Below are positions 1 through 10,233 of a stretch of 62,674 nt of DNA, in pieces; position 1 is the stretch's first letter, and the number at the start of each line of letters is the position of its first letter. Below the pieces are notes generated by a model, which saw nothing but the letters and a program-made list of their open reading frames with translations, made no database searches and was not told the DNA's origin. Position numbers and translations under genes: made by a program. This stretch comes from Coleofasciculus chthonoplastes F2-STO-03 (GTDB taxonomy: Bacteria > Cyanobacteriota > Cyanobacteriia > Cyanobacteriales > Coleofasciculaceae), in assembly GCA_040222015.1 (NCBI GenBank), contig JAVJWO010000210.1, positions 1-62,674 on the forward strand, in the 5' to 3' direction.

Positions 1-24
1 TTTGCGTCGATTAAACCCAAAACC

Positions 25-1275
25 CTAATCCCCCTGCGCTTCCCCCGCCACTCGCGGCCGATCTTTCACCCCCCAACCCCCCCCGGATACACCCTGAATC
101 GACTCCGCCGCCCCCCAACTCACAAACGGAATCACCCGATATCCCTTTTCCCACAACCTCCAAACCCCATCTCCCTCCACCGCAAACGGTTCCGTCAGCA
201 CCCAATTGGGTAATCCCTGATAATGGACACGCGGCGCATTCACCGCCTCGGCGATATCCAACTCATAATCAATCCAATTGGTAATCACCTGCACCACCGT
301 AGTCGGAATCGTCGCCCCCCCAGGGGAACCCGTCACCAACACCACCTGGTCATCTTTCTTCACAATTGTTGGACTCATCGAACTCAACGGTTGCTTCCCC
401 GGTTCAATTTGATTCGCCTTCCCCTGAACCAAACCAAACTGATTCCCCTCCCCCAGCTTCACCGTAAAATCATTCATCTCATTATTCAGAAAAAACCCCG
501 TATCCTTTGCCATCACCTTAGCGCCAAACAGGGAATTAATCGTATAGGTAACCGCCACGGCATTACCAAACTGATCCACAATAGAATAGTGCGTCGTATG
601 CGTCCCTTGAGGCATATCCTGGATATGCAACGCCTGGGGATTCAGCGCCCTCTCGCCAATTTGTTCCCGAATCTGCGCTGCATACCCTTGACTCAACAGG
701 CGCTTCACGGGAATCTCAACAAAATCCGGATCACCCAAATAGTAATTCCGATCCCGATAAGCAAATAGCGCCGCTGACAAAAAGGAATGCAGACTCTCCA
801 CCGAACCCCATCCCCACTCCCCCAGGGGATACCCCGCCAACACGTTCAACATCTGACACACCGTCACTCCCCCTCCCGGCGGTGGCGCGGTTACCACCTC
901 ATACCCCCGATACTCACAGCGCAACGGGGTATCCTGACGCACCCGATACCCAGTAAAATCCTCAAGTGTCAGCATCCCGCCATTCTCTTCACTCGCTTGC
1001 ACGATCGCATGAGCTATTCTACCCTGATAAAAAGCCGAAGCTCCCGATCGCGCGATCGCACTCAACGAAAGAGCCAACTCCTCCTGTACCAACCGTTCCC
1101 CCACCTGAAAGGCTTCCCCCTCATCCAAAAAAATCGCCGCCACAGTCTCCTGTTGGGAAAACACCTTAGTATGAAGCTGCAACCGTTCCATATCCCCCGG
1201 TAACAGACTAAACCCCCCCCCGCCAATATTCCCACAACAGGGATGAACCACCGCCAAGGCATACCCCACCCCCAC
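25..1275 (-). pseudogene. ggt: gamma-glutamyltransferase, 5'-truncated and internally deleted
   Basis: Has the GGT motifs YALAVVHPCCGNIGGGGF, TTHYSIVD (Thr nucleophile), LNNEMNDF and PLSSMSPT. The N-terminal GMV/GGNAVDAA segment is absent, as is the DFRE...VPG segment that normally follows GGGGF. Confidence 0.8.
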
Positions 1276-1431
1276 CGCTTTAGCTCTAATGATTTCCCTC
1301 TAGTCTCTTTTTTTGAGACAAAGGGGTTGTTGTTTTATTTATTTTGTTATCCCACCCTTTCTCGCCGTCGGATCGCGCCTCTATAGGAATCACCGTGCTG
1401 GTAACGCGGTGAGGATATCAAGTTTGATTCA

Positions 1432-2430
1432 TTACCGTTCTGTCGCCACAGCTTGAGTCGAGACGGTTTCGGTTAAATTGGTTGAAGAATTGGCTCGAAT
1501 AGCGCGAAACATACCAAATCGACAAAGCCCAGAACCGAAGGCTAGCCGCATCAGGAGAATCGTCGGCACTTCTCGCACAGACTTGATAAAACCTGATAGA
1601 CCAAACTGTAACCATCCCTGGGGTCGAACTATGCCTTGCCAGATAGTATCAAGCCAAGATGGAAGCGTTTCGTCTGTCCAATCTGCGGTTGCTACACTGC
1701 CCTCAACCAGTCCGGTTTCCTGCAACCGTTCCGAAAACCCTTCAATACTGGAAAACGCCGGATGAGACCACTGATCCAAGAGTTGCCGCATCACCGGACG
1801 TTCCCAAAAATTAAGTGGTTTCTGGCGATCATCCCGTTGATTCCAGTCAGCAACAACCAGAATACCACCAGGCTTGAGTACCCGCATTAATTCTTTGGCA
1901 AAACGAGCTTTATCGGGAATATGAGGACCCACTTCAATTGACCAAACCACATCAAAACTGGCATCTGGGAAAGACATTGCCATGGCATCATCGACTAAAA
2001 ACGTTGCATCTAAGTCCTTTGGCGTTAACTCCTGAGCGCGTTTTATTTGTTGGGGACTAATGCTAATTCCGGTTACGGCAAACCCGTAATCCCGTGCTAA
2101 AATGCGACTGCTGCCGCCAATGCCACACCCGACATCTAAAACAGTGGTTCCTGGGGATAATTTATCGAGTCCTCCCCAACGCGCCATTTCGTGGACAAAA
2201 TCTGATTTTGCGGCTAAAAAATCCTTTTGTTGAGGCGGTGAGCCATAATGCCCTAAGTGAATATGTTCGCCCCAATAAAACTCTAAAATACCATCTTCTG
2301 TCCATTGGTCATAAGAATTGACCACCGATTCAGACGATTGATAGCGGCGACCCGTGACGAGATAGAGTAGGATAGCGATCGCGAAGAGTCCCAGCAGAAG
2401 TCCCAGAAGCGGAAAAAACAAATTCATCAA
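1432..2430 (-). CDS. SAM-dependent methyltransferase, MPBQ/MSBQ methyltransferase type (tocopherol/plastoquinone pathway)
   Basis: N-terminal TM helix, YDQWTEDGILEFYWGEHIHLGHYG and SAM motif VLDVGCGIGG; resembles the Synechocystis Sll0418 family. Confidence 0.85.
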   Translation of the reverse strand: MMNLFFPLLGLLLGLFAIAILLYLVTGRRYQSSESVVNSYDQWTEDGILEFYWGEHIHLGHYGSPPQQKDFLAAKSDFVHEMARWGGLDKLSPGTTVLDVGCGIGGSSRILARDYGFAVTGISISPQQIKRAQELTPKDLDATFLVDDAMAMSFPDASFDVVWSIEVGPHIPDKARFAKELMRVLKPGGILVVADWNQRDDRQKPLNFWERPVMRQLLDQWSHPAFSSIEGFSERLQETGLVEGSVATADWTDETLPSWLDTIWQGIVRPQGWLQFGLSGFIKSVREVPTILLMRLAFGSGLCRFGMFRAIRANSSTNLTETVSTQAVATER

Positions 2431-2588
2431 CGTTAAACCCTCAAATTTTTGACCCTGTTGATAATCGGGTTCAGAGTTGCCTGATTACCCCACGTTAAGT
2501 ACCTGGGCATAAATACTGTACCCTGTACTAACAAATATTAACAAGCCTAAAACCCTTACTGTTCCCTGTTCCCTCCACGATAACGATT

Positions 2589-5225
2589 TCAATCCTCACA
2601 CTGCTTCTGACAGGCATCTAAATAAATTTGAGCCACTTGATCAACGGGATTAATATGTAAACACTCTTGGAATATTTGGGCGGCTTCTTTAAATAAATGT
2701 TTACTATACAGAAATAGAGCCTTCTCAAAATCAGGCTTTGTCATTAACTTTACCGAGCGAAGTTCTGGTGGATCTGCCTCAAATATTTCAAAAACCGATA
2801 CCATTTCACTTTTCCCCTTAACCTGAACTTGACCGATAATCCGGAAGGCATATTCAACCGGATGATTTAGCTGTAAAAACGTGTGGTGAGAAATTAGTAA
2901 GGATACCCCATACTCTTTCGTAAGCTGTTCTAAGCGAGCGGCTAAATTGACCGCATCACTAATCACAGTACCATCCATGCGATTGTGTCCGCCCACGGTT
3001 CCCAGCATCAGCGAACCGGTGTTAATCCCAATCCCAATCTGAATCGGCGGACGATCTGGACGTTGCCGCGTTTTATTATAATCAGTCAACCGATTTAACA
3101 TATCAATTCCGGCGCGAACCGCATCATCAGCACTACCATTAAATAGCGCCATAATCGCATCACCGATATATTTATCAATAAAGCCATCATGTTCAACAAT
3201 AGCGGGTTCCATGCGTGACAGATAGGCATTGATGAATTTAAAATTATCCTCTAAGCTCATCCGTTCTGAGAGAGTGGTAAAGGAACGAATATCTGAAAAT
3301 AGAATAGACATTTTCTTCTGCACCGCCTCGCCGAGTTTGACATCAACAATACTTTTTTTATCCAGCAATTCCAGGAAATTTTCTGGTACAAAACGTTCAT
3401 ACGCTTGATTCAGTTGCAGGAGTTGAGCCGTGAAATCCTTGCGTTCAGCTTCAGCTTTTTTACGTTCAGTAATATCTTGAAACGCCGCGATCGCAAAGGT
3501 TACTTTGCCCTTTTCAGCAAAAATCGGGATACCCCAAGCTTCAATCGGAATAATCTGATCGCCCTGGTGAATTTCAATGTCATCAGCCGTGGCACTTTCT
3601 CCCATTAACGCTTGCACTACCGGCAATAATTCCGCTGGGTAGAGTTGGTCAGTGCCAGCAATATAAAATTGATAAACCTCGGCAAATTGTTCAGCAAAGG
3701 TATCAGGAACCACGCCTTTACCCATTAACTGTTGCGCCCGTTGATTCAGGTAATAGGTTTTTCCGCTTGCATCTAATACCGCTACCCCAACCGGCACCGC
3801 TTCCAGGAATTGGGCTAATCGGCGTTCACTTTCTCGTGCGGCTTCTTCGGCTTGTTGATGTAACTCCTCCTCAATCGCATCGGAATGAGCTGTCGTGGTT
3901 TCCAGTAATATTTCTAAGTCAGCATTGTAGCGCTGTAATTCCCAGGTTTGGTAAAGCGCGATCGCCATTGATGATCCGATCAACGCCGCCATCGGGGAAA
4001 CCACGGGTAACCACCAATTAGCCAGAAACGCCCCATAACTGCCAACCACCAGAATACTACCCATGAAGAACGTGCCGAAACCGACAACCATCCATCGGGG
4101 AAAAATCCTATCCGCGAATTGGTTCGCTTGTTGGAGTTTCCAGCTTCCTCCAGCGCCAATCAAAGACCAGACGACAATCCATAACCACTCGACTGGATCA
4201 ATCCAAATTGTCAGCCAAGACAGTTGGTTTATTCTATCAATGAAAGGAATTAAAGGGCGTCCATCAATCGCCTTAATTAAAGGGCGTCCCGCCATCGCCC
4301 CACTAATGATCTGACTGGCGATATTGGCATGAATAATCACGCCCGGTGTTTGCTGACGCGAACCGATGGTATTTTGACTATAGGGTGTAAAGAATAAGTC
4401 GTTAGCACTTTGTCCGGTAGCGCCAATCAGAACAATGCGATCGCGCATCAAATCCGGTGATATCCGATTCTCTAAAATATCAGCAATGGATACAGTTTGG
4501 AAGTTCTCTTTCTGTCCGCGATAGTTTAAGAGGATTTGATAGCCACCCACATCAGCATTAACATAGCCACCCTCATTCCCTGTCAATGGCACAAATTCCA
4601 CCTTACCCAACTGCAAATGACTCTTGGCTTCATCCGTCATTTGCAGGGTAATCCCTTCGGCTTCTAGATACATTAACGCCAGCTTTACCCCTAATCCCAA
4701 GTGGATGGACTCATCGTCTAATTGGACAGACAGCAATCCGCGACGAACTTTGCCATCCGCATCCAAGACTAAATCAGCCATCGCCACTTGATCCCGTTGT
4801 TTTAGGGTTGGCGATGGTGCTACCGTTTCGCCCACGACTTTTTCCACACCAATCAGGTTCGGTGTAGACTTAAATACCTCGACTAATTCCTGATGACCCG
4901 GTTCGACTGGCAAATCACGGTACAAATCCAAGCCAATCGCCCTAGGCTGTTGGGCGTTTATTTTTCTAAGTAACTGTGCTAAGACCTGATCAGGAATGGG
5001 CCACGTCCCAATCTGGGTAATATCAGACTCATCAATGGTTACCACCAGAATCCGGGGGTCAAGGGGTTCTTGGGGACGCTGCTGAAAAAATTGGTCGAGT
5101 GTTGCCCATTCGAGAAGCTGAAACGAACCCGTCCAAGCCGTAGCGATTACCAATCCGGCGACAGTGGGGGCAGTGATCAGTACCCCTTGCCATTGAGAAA
5201 TATGCTGCTTGAGCTTTTGCCACAT
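2589..5225 (-). CDS. CHASE2-TM-PAS class III adenylate/guanylate cyclase
   Basis: CHASE2 motifs (WPIPD, AIGLDLYRD, PGVIIHA), three TM helices, a PAS domain, and cyclase motifs FSDIRSFT, DKYIGDAIMA and DAVNLAARLE. Confidence 0.92.
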   Translation of the reverse strand: MWQKLKQHISQWQGVLITAPTVAGLVIATAWTGSFQLLEWATLDQFFQQRPQEPLDPRILVVTIDESDITQIGTWPIPDQVLAQLLRKINAQQPRAIGLDLYRDLPVEPGHQELVEVFKSTPNLIGVEKVVGETVAPSPTLKQRDQVAMADLVLDADGKVRRGLLSVQLDDESIHLGLGVKLALMYLEAEGITLQMTDEAKSHLQLGKVEFVPLTGNEGGYVNADVGGYQILLNYRGQKENFQTVSIADILENRISPDLMRDRIVLIGATGQSANDLFFTPYSQNTIGSRQQTPGVIIHANIASQIISGAMAGRPLIKAIDGRPLIPFIDRINQLSWLTIWIDPVEWLWIVVWSLIGAGGSWKLQQANQFADRIFPRWMVVGFGTFFMGSILVVGSYGAFLANWWLPVVSPMAALIGSSMAIALYQTWELQRYNADLEILLETTTAHSDAIEEELHQQAEEAARESERRLAQFLEAVPVGVAVLDASGKTYYLNQRAQQLMGKGVVPDTFAEQFAEVYQFYIAGTDQLYPAELLPVVQALMGESATADDIEIHQGDQIIPIEAWGIPIFAEKGKVTFAIAAFQDITERKKAEAERKDFTAQLLQLNQAYERFVPENFLELLDKKSIVDVKLGEAVQKKMSILFSDIRSFTTLSERMSLEDNFKFINAYLSRMEPAIVEHDGFIDKYIGDAIMALFNGSADDAVRAGIDMLNRLTDYNKTRQRPDRPPIQIGIGINTGSLMLGTVGGHNRMDGTVISDAVNLAARLEQLTKEYGVSLLISHHTFLQLNHPVEYAFRIIGQVQVKGKSEMVSVFEIFEADPPELRSVKLMTKPDFEKALFLYSKHLFKEAAQIFQECLHINPVDQVAQIYLDACQKQCED

Positions 5226-5313
5226 TTAGGATGAGCAATCAAAATTAACATGAGTAGTCCCCTGATTGCTATGGCGAATCATTCTCTATTCCTTACTGTA
5301 GCTCAACTCAAGC

Positions 5314-5603
5314 TGAATCGTGGCTCAAGCAGTTTGACTCAACCCCATAGATTTAAATTCCCACTAAACTAGCCGAAATTTGATAGACCGTAGTGGCGTG
5401 GCACAGCTAAAATAGGGTTTTGTTTGTAGTAAGCACTTTAGTGCTATAACGCTTAGCTGGAGAGGGCTGAAGCCCTCACTACGAACCAATTCTAATCCAT
5501 CAATTAAGGTGTGCCACGCCAGTAGGGTGGGCATTGCCCATCAGCCTCAAGTCAGCAACATTCAGCTTAAATTCAGTTGAATCGTGGCTCAAGCAGTTTG
5601 ACT
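5314..5603. repeat. 26-bp direct repeat TGAATCGTGGCTCAAGCAGTTTGACT (5314-5339 and 5578-5603)
   Basis: Two identical copies read directly; they flank a REP/MITE cluster. Confidence 0.85.
5394..5521. mobile_element. 128-bp MITE with 12-bp TIRs inserted into a GTAG-REP
   Basis: TIRs are TGGCGTGGCACA (5394-5405) and TGTGCCACGCCA (5510-5521), with GTAG on both flanks. An uninterrupted copy of the target, ACCGTAGGGTGGGCATTGCCCA, is at about 20001. Confidence 0.75.
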
Positions 5604-5612
5604 TAACCTAAC

Positions 5613-5822
5613 CTAGTAACTATCTTCGCTGCCTACGGTATGCAGCGCTAAATCGTTATTAGCACGGTTGAGTCGATCCGCGATCGCGGATCGAAGTTTC
5701 AGCGTGATTGATGGCGTAGCCAATACCTCTTGGGCTTGTTCTCGGTAGATAGCACTGGTTACCGGATCAACTTGGTCAATTTTCTGTAAATTTGAAAATA
5801 CTGTATCCGCAGAAATGGTCAT
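5613..5822 (-). CDS. small hypothetical protein
   Basis: ORF MTISADT...AIADRLNRAN...EDSY with plausible helical composition; start codon uncertain (5822 or 5843). Confidence 0.6.
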   Translation of the reverse strand: MTISADTVFSNLQKIDQVDPVTSAIYREQAQEVLATPSITLKLRSAIADRLNRANNDLALHTVGSEDSY

Positions 5823-6117
5823 CGGATTAAACCCTTCCATCACATATAATTACGATCTTGACTTAAGTATCGAACGGATGGCAATAGGTGAATGATTAAA
5901 ATAAAACAAAAATTATTCGACACCCAACAAGGAGTTATCGCCACCCTCAACGCCTCACGCCAACGCTTTCAAGCCTGTCGAGAAGCGAATCAAGTGTTGT
6001 AAATCGTCCTCAAACCCTTACTGTTCCCTGTTCCCTGTTACACACCGAGCGAAGCCGAGGTGTTCCCTGTTCCCTAATCTCAACCGTTAACTTTAATTGT
6101 GTCCACCTACTTACATT

Positions 6118-7770
6118 ATGAAAATTCCCTTATCTCGTCAGAAACGGCAGATTATTCAATTTCTCGGTTTATTCTGTTGCTGTTGTATCCTGATTATTAG
6201 TTGTGGTGGGCAAAATACACCCACCGATAATACTACAAGTTCCGTCACTAGCATCAGTAGTCTTGAACGCATCGCTGTGGGTTCTGTTGCCAAACCCCGA
6301 ACCCTTGACCCCGCTGATGCCTATGAAGTGGCGATTAGTGATATTATTACCAGCTTAGGCGATCGCCTCTATACCTACGAGGGAGATACAGATACGCTTA
6401 TTCCTCAACTGGCGACAGAACTCCCGCAAGTCAGTGATGATGGGTTAACCTACACGATTCCTGTGCGTCAGGGTGTTACCTTCCATGATGGCACACCTTT
6501 TAACGCAGACGCCATGGCATTTTCCTTGAGGCGGTTTAGTGAAAACGGGGGTAAACCTTCCGCCCTACTTTCTAACATCATGGAATCGGTGGAAGCCACA
6601 GGGGAATACGAACTCACAATTAAACTAAAAAATGACTTTGCTCCCTTCCCTTACCTACTAGCCTTTCCTGGATTAAGTGCAGTTTCACCTCAAGCTTATG
6701 AAATTGGACAAGGCAAATTTAAACCCAATGATTTTGTGGGAACAGGTCCCTATAAACTGGTTTCCTTTGAACCAAATTTAGTCAAGGTAGATGTTTTTGA
6801 GGACTATTGGGGAGAAAAACCACCCAATCAAGGGATTGACTTTCAGTTTCTCAGCAGTCCCGCTAACTTGTACAATTCCTTTACCACAGGTGTGGTTGAT
6901 ATTGCCTATCGTGACTTAGATGCCGATCAAATTCTCAGCCTTAAAGAGGATGCTGAATCCAAAGGGTATCAGGTACTAGAAAAACCCAGCAGCCGCGTAG
7001 ACTACATGGTGCTAAATGTCAAGCAGAAACCCTTAGATCAGGTAGAAGTCCGACAAGCGATCGCGGCGTTAGTGGATCGCCCGTTAATCATTGATCGCGT
7101 CTATCGGGGTCAAGCGGAACCCGCTTACAGTATTATTCCCGACACCTTTGCCACCAGCAAACCGGTATTTAAAGAACCGTATGGGGATGGTAATGTGGAA
7201 AAGGCAAAAGAACTTTTAACCGAGGCAGGGTTTTCTGCTGAAAATCCGTTTGTACTGGAAATTTGGTACAGTTCCGATAGCCCTCAACGCCAACAAATTG
7301 TTACGCTTCTCAAGGAATATGCCGAGCAAAAAATGGAGGGTTTGATGCAAGTTCAACCGCAACCAGTTGAATCCACGACTCTCTTTGCCAATATTCCCAA
7401 AGGCATTTATCCCAGCTATTTAGTGGCTTGGTTTCCTGATTTTGGCGATGCAGATAATTACATCAGCCCCTTTTTCAGTTGTACGAAAGGAGCAGCGGAA
7501 ACTGGATGTCAGGAAGGAGCTAGTCAAAGTCAAGGTTTCTTCTATTACAGTGAGCAAATGAACCAACTCATTGATGCTCAACGAAAGGAACAAGATCCCC
7601 AGGCGCGACAAGAACTATTTGAGCAAATTCAATCGCTAATTGCTCAAGATGTGCCGCTGATTCCTTTGTTGCAGAAAAAAGAATTTGCGTTTGCTCAAGA
7701 CAACTTACAGAACTTGGAAATTAACCCAATTATCGGTATATCGTTTTGGCAGGTTGATAAAAATGCTTAA
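6118..7770 (+). CDS. peptide/nickel ABC transporter substrate-binding lipoprotein (family 5)
   Basis: Lipobox-like IISC, TLDPADAYE, TFHDGTPFNA and GTGPYKL motifs. Confidence 0.92.
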   Translation: MKIPLSRQKRQIIQFLGLFCCCCILIISCGGQNTPTDNTTSSVTSISSLERIAVGSVAKPRTLDPADAYEVAISDIITSLGDRLYTYEGDTDTLIPQLATELPQVSDDGLTYTIPVRQGVTFHDGTPFNADAMAFSLRRFSENGGKPSALLSNIMESVEATGEYELTIKLKNDFAPFPYLLAFPGLSAVSPQAYEIGQGKFKPNDFVGTGPYKLVSFEPNLVKVDVFEDYWGEKPPNQGIDFQFLSSPANLYNSFTTGVVDIAYRDLDADQILSLKEDAESKGYQVLEKPSSRVDYMVLNVKQKPLDQVEVRQAIAALVDRPLIIDRVYRGQAEPAYSIIPDTFATSKPVFKEPYGDGNVEKAKELLTEAGFSAENPFVLEIWYSSDSPQRQQIVTLLKEYAEQKMEGLMQVQPQPVESTTLFANIPKGIYPSYLVAWFPDFGDADNYISPFFSCTKGAAETGCQEGASQSQGFFYYSEQMNQLIDAQRKEQDPQARQELFEQIQSLIAQDVPLIPLLQKKEFAFAQDNLQNLEINPIIGISFWQVDKNA

Positions 7771-7850
7771 GCCTGTTACCTTAGCGCCGTGATTTCGACC
7801 TGATCAACTGGTTCAGACGGTTATGTACAGATGTGCATATTATAATTGAG

Positions 7851-8117
7851 ATGGTTTACCAGTGGAATCGGGACAAGGCAATAGCCAACCTTCGTAAACA
7901 TGGCATCGACTTTGCTGATGCAGTATCTGTTTTCTCGGATGCTCTGGCAATTTCCATTCTAGACGAGCGGTTTGATGAAGAACGATTCGTCACAATTGGG
8001 ATGGATGCTTTTGGCAGAATATTGGTAGTTGTCTACACGCTGCGGGATGATCAGATTCGGATTATTTCTGCCCGAAAAGCAACTCGGCAAGAACGACAGC
8101 AGTATGAGGAGGGATAA
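7851..8117 (+). CDS. brnT: BrnT family toxin (ribonuclease)
   Basis: W..DKAIANLRKHGIDF, EERFVTIG and RIISARKA motifs. Confidence 0.9.
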   Translation: MVYQWNRDKAIANLRKHGIDFADAVSVFSDALAISILDERFDEERFVTIGMDAFGRILVVVYTLRDDQIRIISARKATRQERQQYEEG

Positions 8118-8122
8118 TCTTC

Positions 8123-8380
8123 ATGGAAGCAGAATATGACTTTAGTCAAGGAAAACGGGGCGCTATTGACCCAACATCATTAGGCAAAACCCACATCACA
8201 ATCCGGCTAGATAATGAAATTCTCGCGTGGTTTCGTGAGCAAGTTCATAATGCAGGTGGAGGAAACTACCAAACCTTGATTAATGAAGCCTTACGCCAGC
8301 ATATTCAGCAAAACCGCCAATCTTTGGAGGACACCTTACGTAAAGTTGTGCGTGAAGAACTTGAGCGTATTGAGCGTTGA
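8123..8380 (+). CDS. brnA: BrnA family antitoxin
   Basis: EYDFSQGKRG, ITIRLD.EILAWF and YQTLINEALR motifs; lies directly after brnT. Confidence 0.9.
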   Translation: MEAEYDFSQGKRGAIDPTSLGKTHITIRLDNEILAWFREQVHNAGGGNYQTLINEALRQHIQQNRQSLEDTLRKVVREELERIER

Positions 8381-8697
8381 CACCAAATTCGCTTCAGAAA
8401 CCCCCTTTATTTTTTGGATACTTGTTTCGTTTATCCCTTCTGCCCTCTGCCATAGGTGAATCTCCTCTTCTTGTTGATACCCAGTCCCTGGGTGAATCTA
8501 TCTTGCTTAGGTGGGTCACTCTGCTACTGTGCAACACAACTACAATTGTGGATTAGATTTGCCGATTTTATGGGCGCAAAGCTTTGCGCCCCTACAGGTT
8601 GTGGATGTCGGGTTTGACATGCACCCAACTATAGCAATTCTATATAAGATTGCTATATAAACCTGTATTAATCCTACTCGCCATAATTTGAATTCGG

Positions 8698-9723
8698 ATG
8701 TCTCGTTCTCGTGCCTTACTCTACTATGTCATCGCCCGGTTGCTTCTCGCACCGTTAATGATGTTTACGATTGTTACTATCGTATTTTTACTCCTCCGCG
8801 CTACGCCAGGAGATCCAATTGATGCGGTCATTGGTAATCGTGCGCCTGAAAGTGTAAAAGCCGAATTTCGGGAACGGTTGGGATTAAATCAACCGTTACC
8901 TTTACAGTATGTGAATTATTTATTCAGTTTACTCCGCCTGGATTTAGGCAGTTCAATTAGTGACCAAGGACGAGATGTTTGGCAAGTGATTCAGCAATAT
9001 TTCCCCGCGACGGCAGAAGTAGCAATATGTAGTATGATCGTCGCGATAACGGTAGGAATTGGTGTGGGTATTTTTTCCGCCTCTCGTCCCGGTACAGTCT
9101 TTGATTTAGGGGGACGACTATTTGGGATTATCACCTACGCCTTACCGATATTTTGGGCAGGAATGATTGTCCAATTAATCTTTGCCGTACAGTTAGGATG
9201 GTTTCCCCTGGGTGGACGATTTCCGGCATCAGTAACTCCGCCCACAGGATTCACTGGACTGTATACAGTTGATAGTCTGTTGCAGGGGAATTTCAACCAA
9301 TTTTTTACAGCCTTATATTATTTAACTCTACCTTCGTTAACCTTAGGAATTCTCCTAAGTGGAATTTTTGAGCGTATTGTCCGGGTGAATCTCAAGCAAA
9401 CGCTGAAGTCTGATTATGTAGAAGCTGCACGCGCTAGAGGAATTCAGGAAGGGACAATTTTGCTGCGTCATGCGTTGAAAAATGCCTTGATTCCGGTGAT
9501 TACAGTAATGGGTCTTACGTTTGCTTCATTACTAGGGGGTGCGGTGTTAACAGAAGTGACCTTTTCCTGGCCCGGATTAGCCAATCGATTATATGAAGCG
9601 ATTCAGTTACGAGATTACCCGACGGTGCAGGGAATTATGGTGTTTTTTGGGGCAATTGTGGTGATAGCGAGTATTGCGATTGATATTATCAATGCTTTAA
9701 TTGACCCGCGTATTCGCTATTAA
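8698..9723 (+). CDS. peptide ABC transporter permease (DppB/OppB family)
   Basis: PGDP, LGLNQPL, EAA loop DYVEAARARG, C-terminal DPRIRY. Confidence 0.93.
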   Translation: MSRSRALLYYVIARLLLAPLMMFTIVTIVFLLLRATPGDPIDAVIGNRAPESVKAEFRERLGLNQPLPLQYVNYLFSLLRLDLGSSISDQGRDVWQVIQQYFPATAEVAICSMIVAITVGIGVGIFSASRPGTVFDLGGRLFGIITYALPIFWAGMIVQLIFAVQLGWFPLGGRFPASVTPPTGFTGLYTVDSLLQGNFNQFFTALYYLTLPSLTLGILLSGIFERIVRVNLKQTLKSDYVEAARARGIQEGTILLRHALKNALIPVITVMGLTFASLLGGAVLTEVTFSWPGLANRLYEAIQLRDYPTVQGIMVFFGAIVVIASIAIDIINALIDPRIRY

Positions 9724-10233
9724 TTGTTCATTGTTTAGTAACCCCCGCCACGGCGATTAAAATCCCTCTGGGACTATAGTGGTACTAATACCAAATTCGC
9801 CTTTATTACCCCCTTTTGCCACGGCGATTGAAATCGCTGCTACACAAACTTGCGTCCGCCTGCGCGGACTGGGTTATAACGGGGATGACTAAGCTGTCAT
9901 GCATTTAAATTGCGTATTAGTAGCGAGCAAGATGCAAAGCCTGCGGCATGGCTTCGCTTAACGCACTACAAGAATTTCGTCATTGTGTAAGCTAAAGGTG
10001 ATTGGTGATTTGGCGACTTGAACTCACGATCGCATGTCTCAGAAAAACGAAATTCAATGTACAATAAAATCTTTACCGATTGGACGCAAACCCGATGAAC
10101 TAATTCCGCCTTACCAGGAACCCTTTGTGCCGCTTTCCCAATGTCCCGGACGGCGAAATCAGCTCAATAAGCAGGCGTTTCATTCAGGAAGTTATCCGAT
10201 TACCCGCCGATTATTTATCATTGTTAAACAAAT

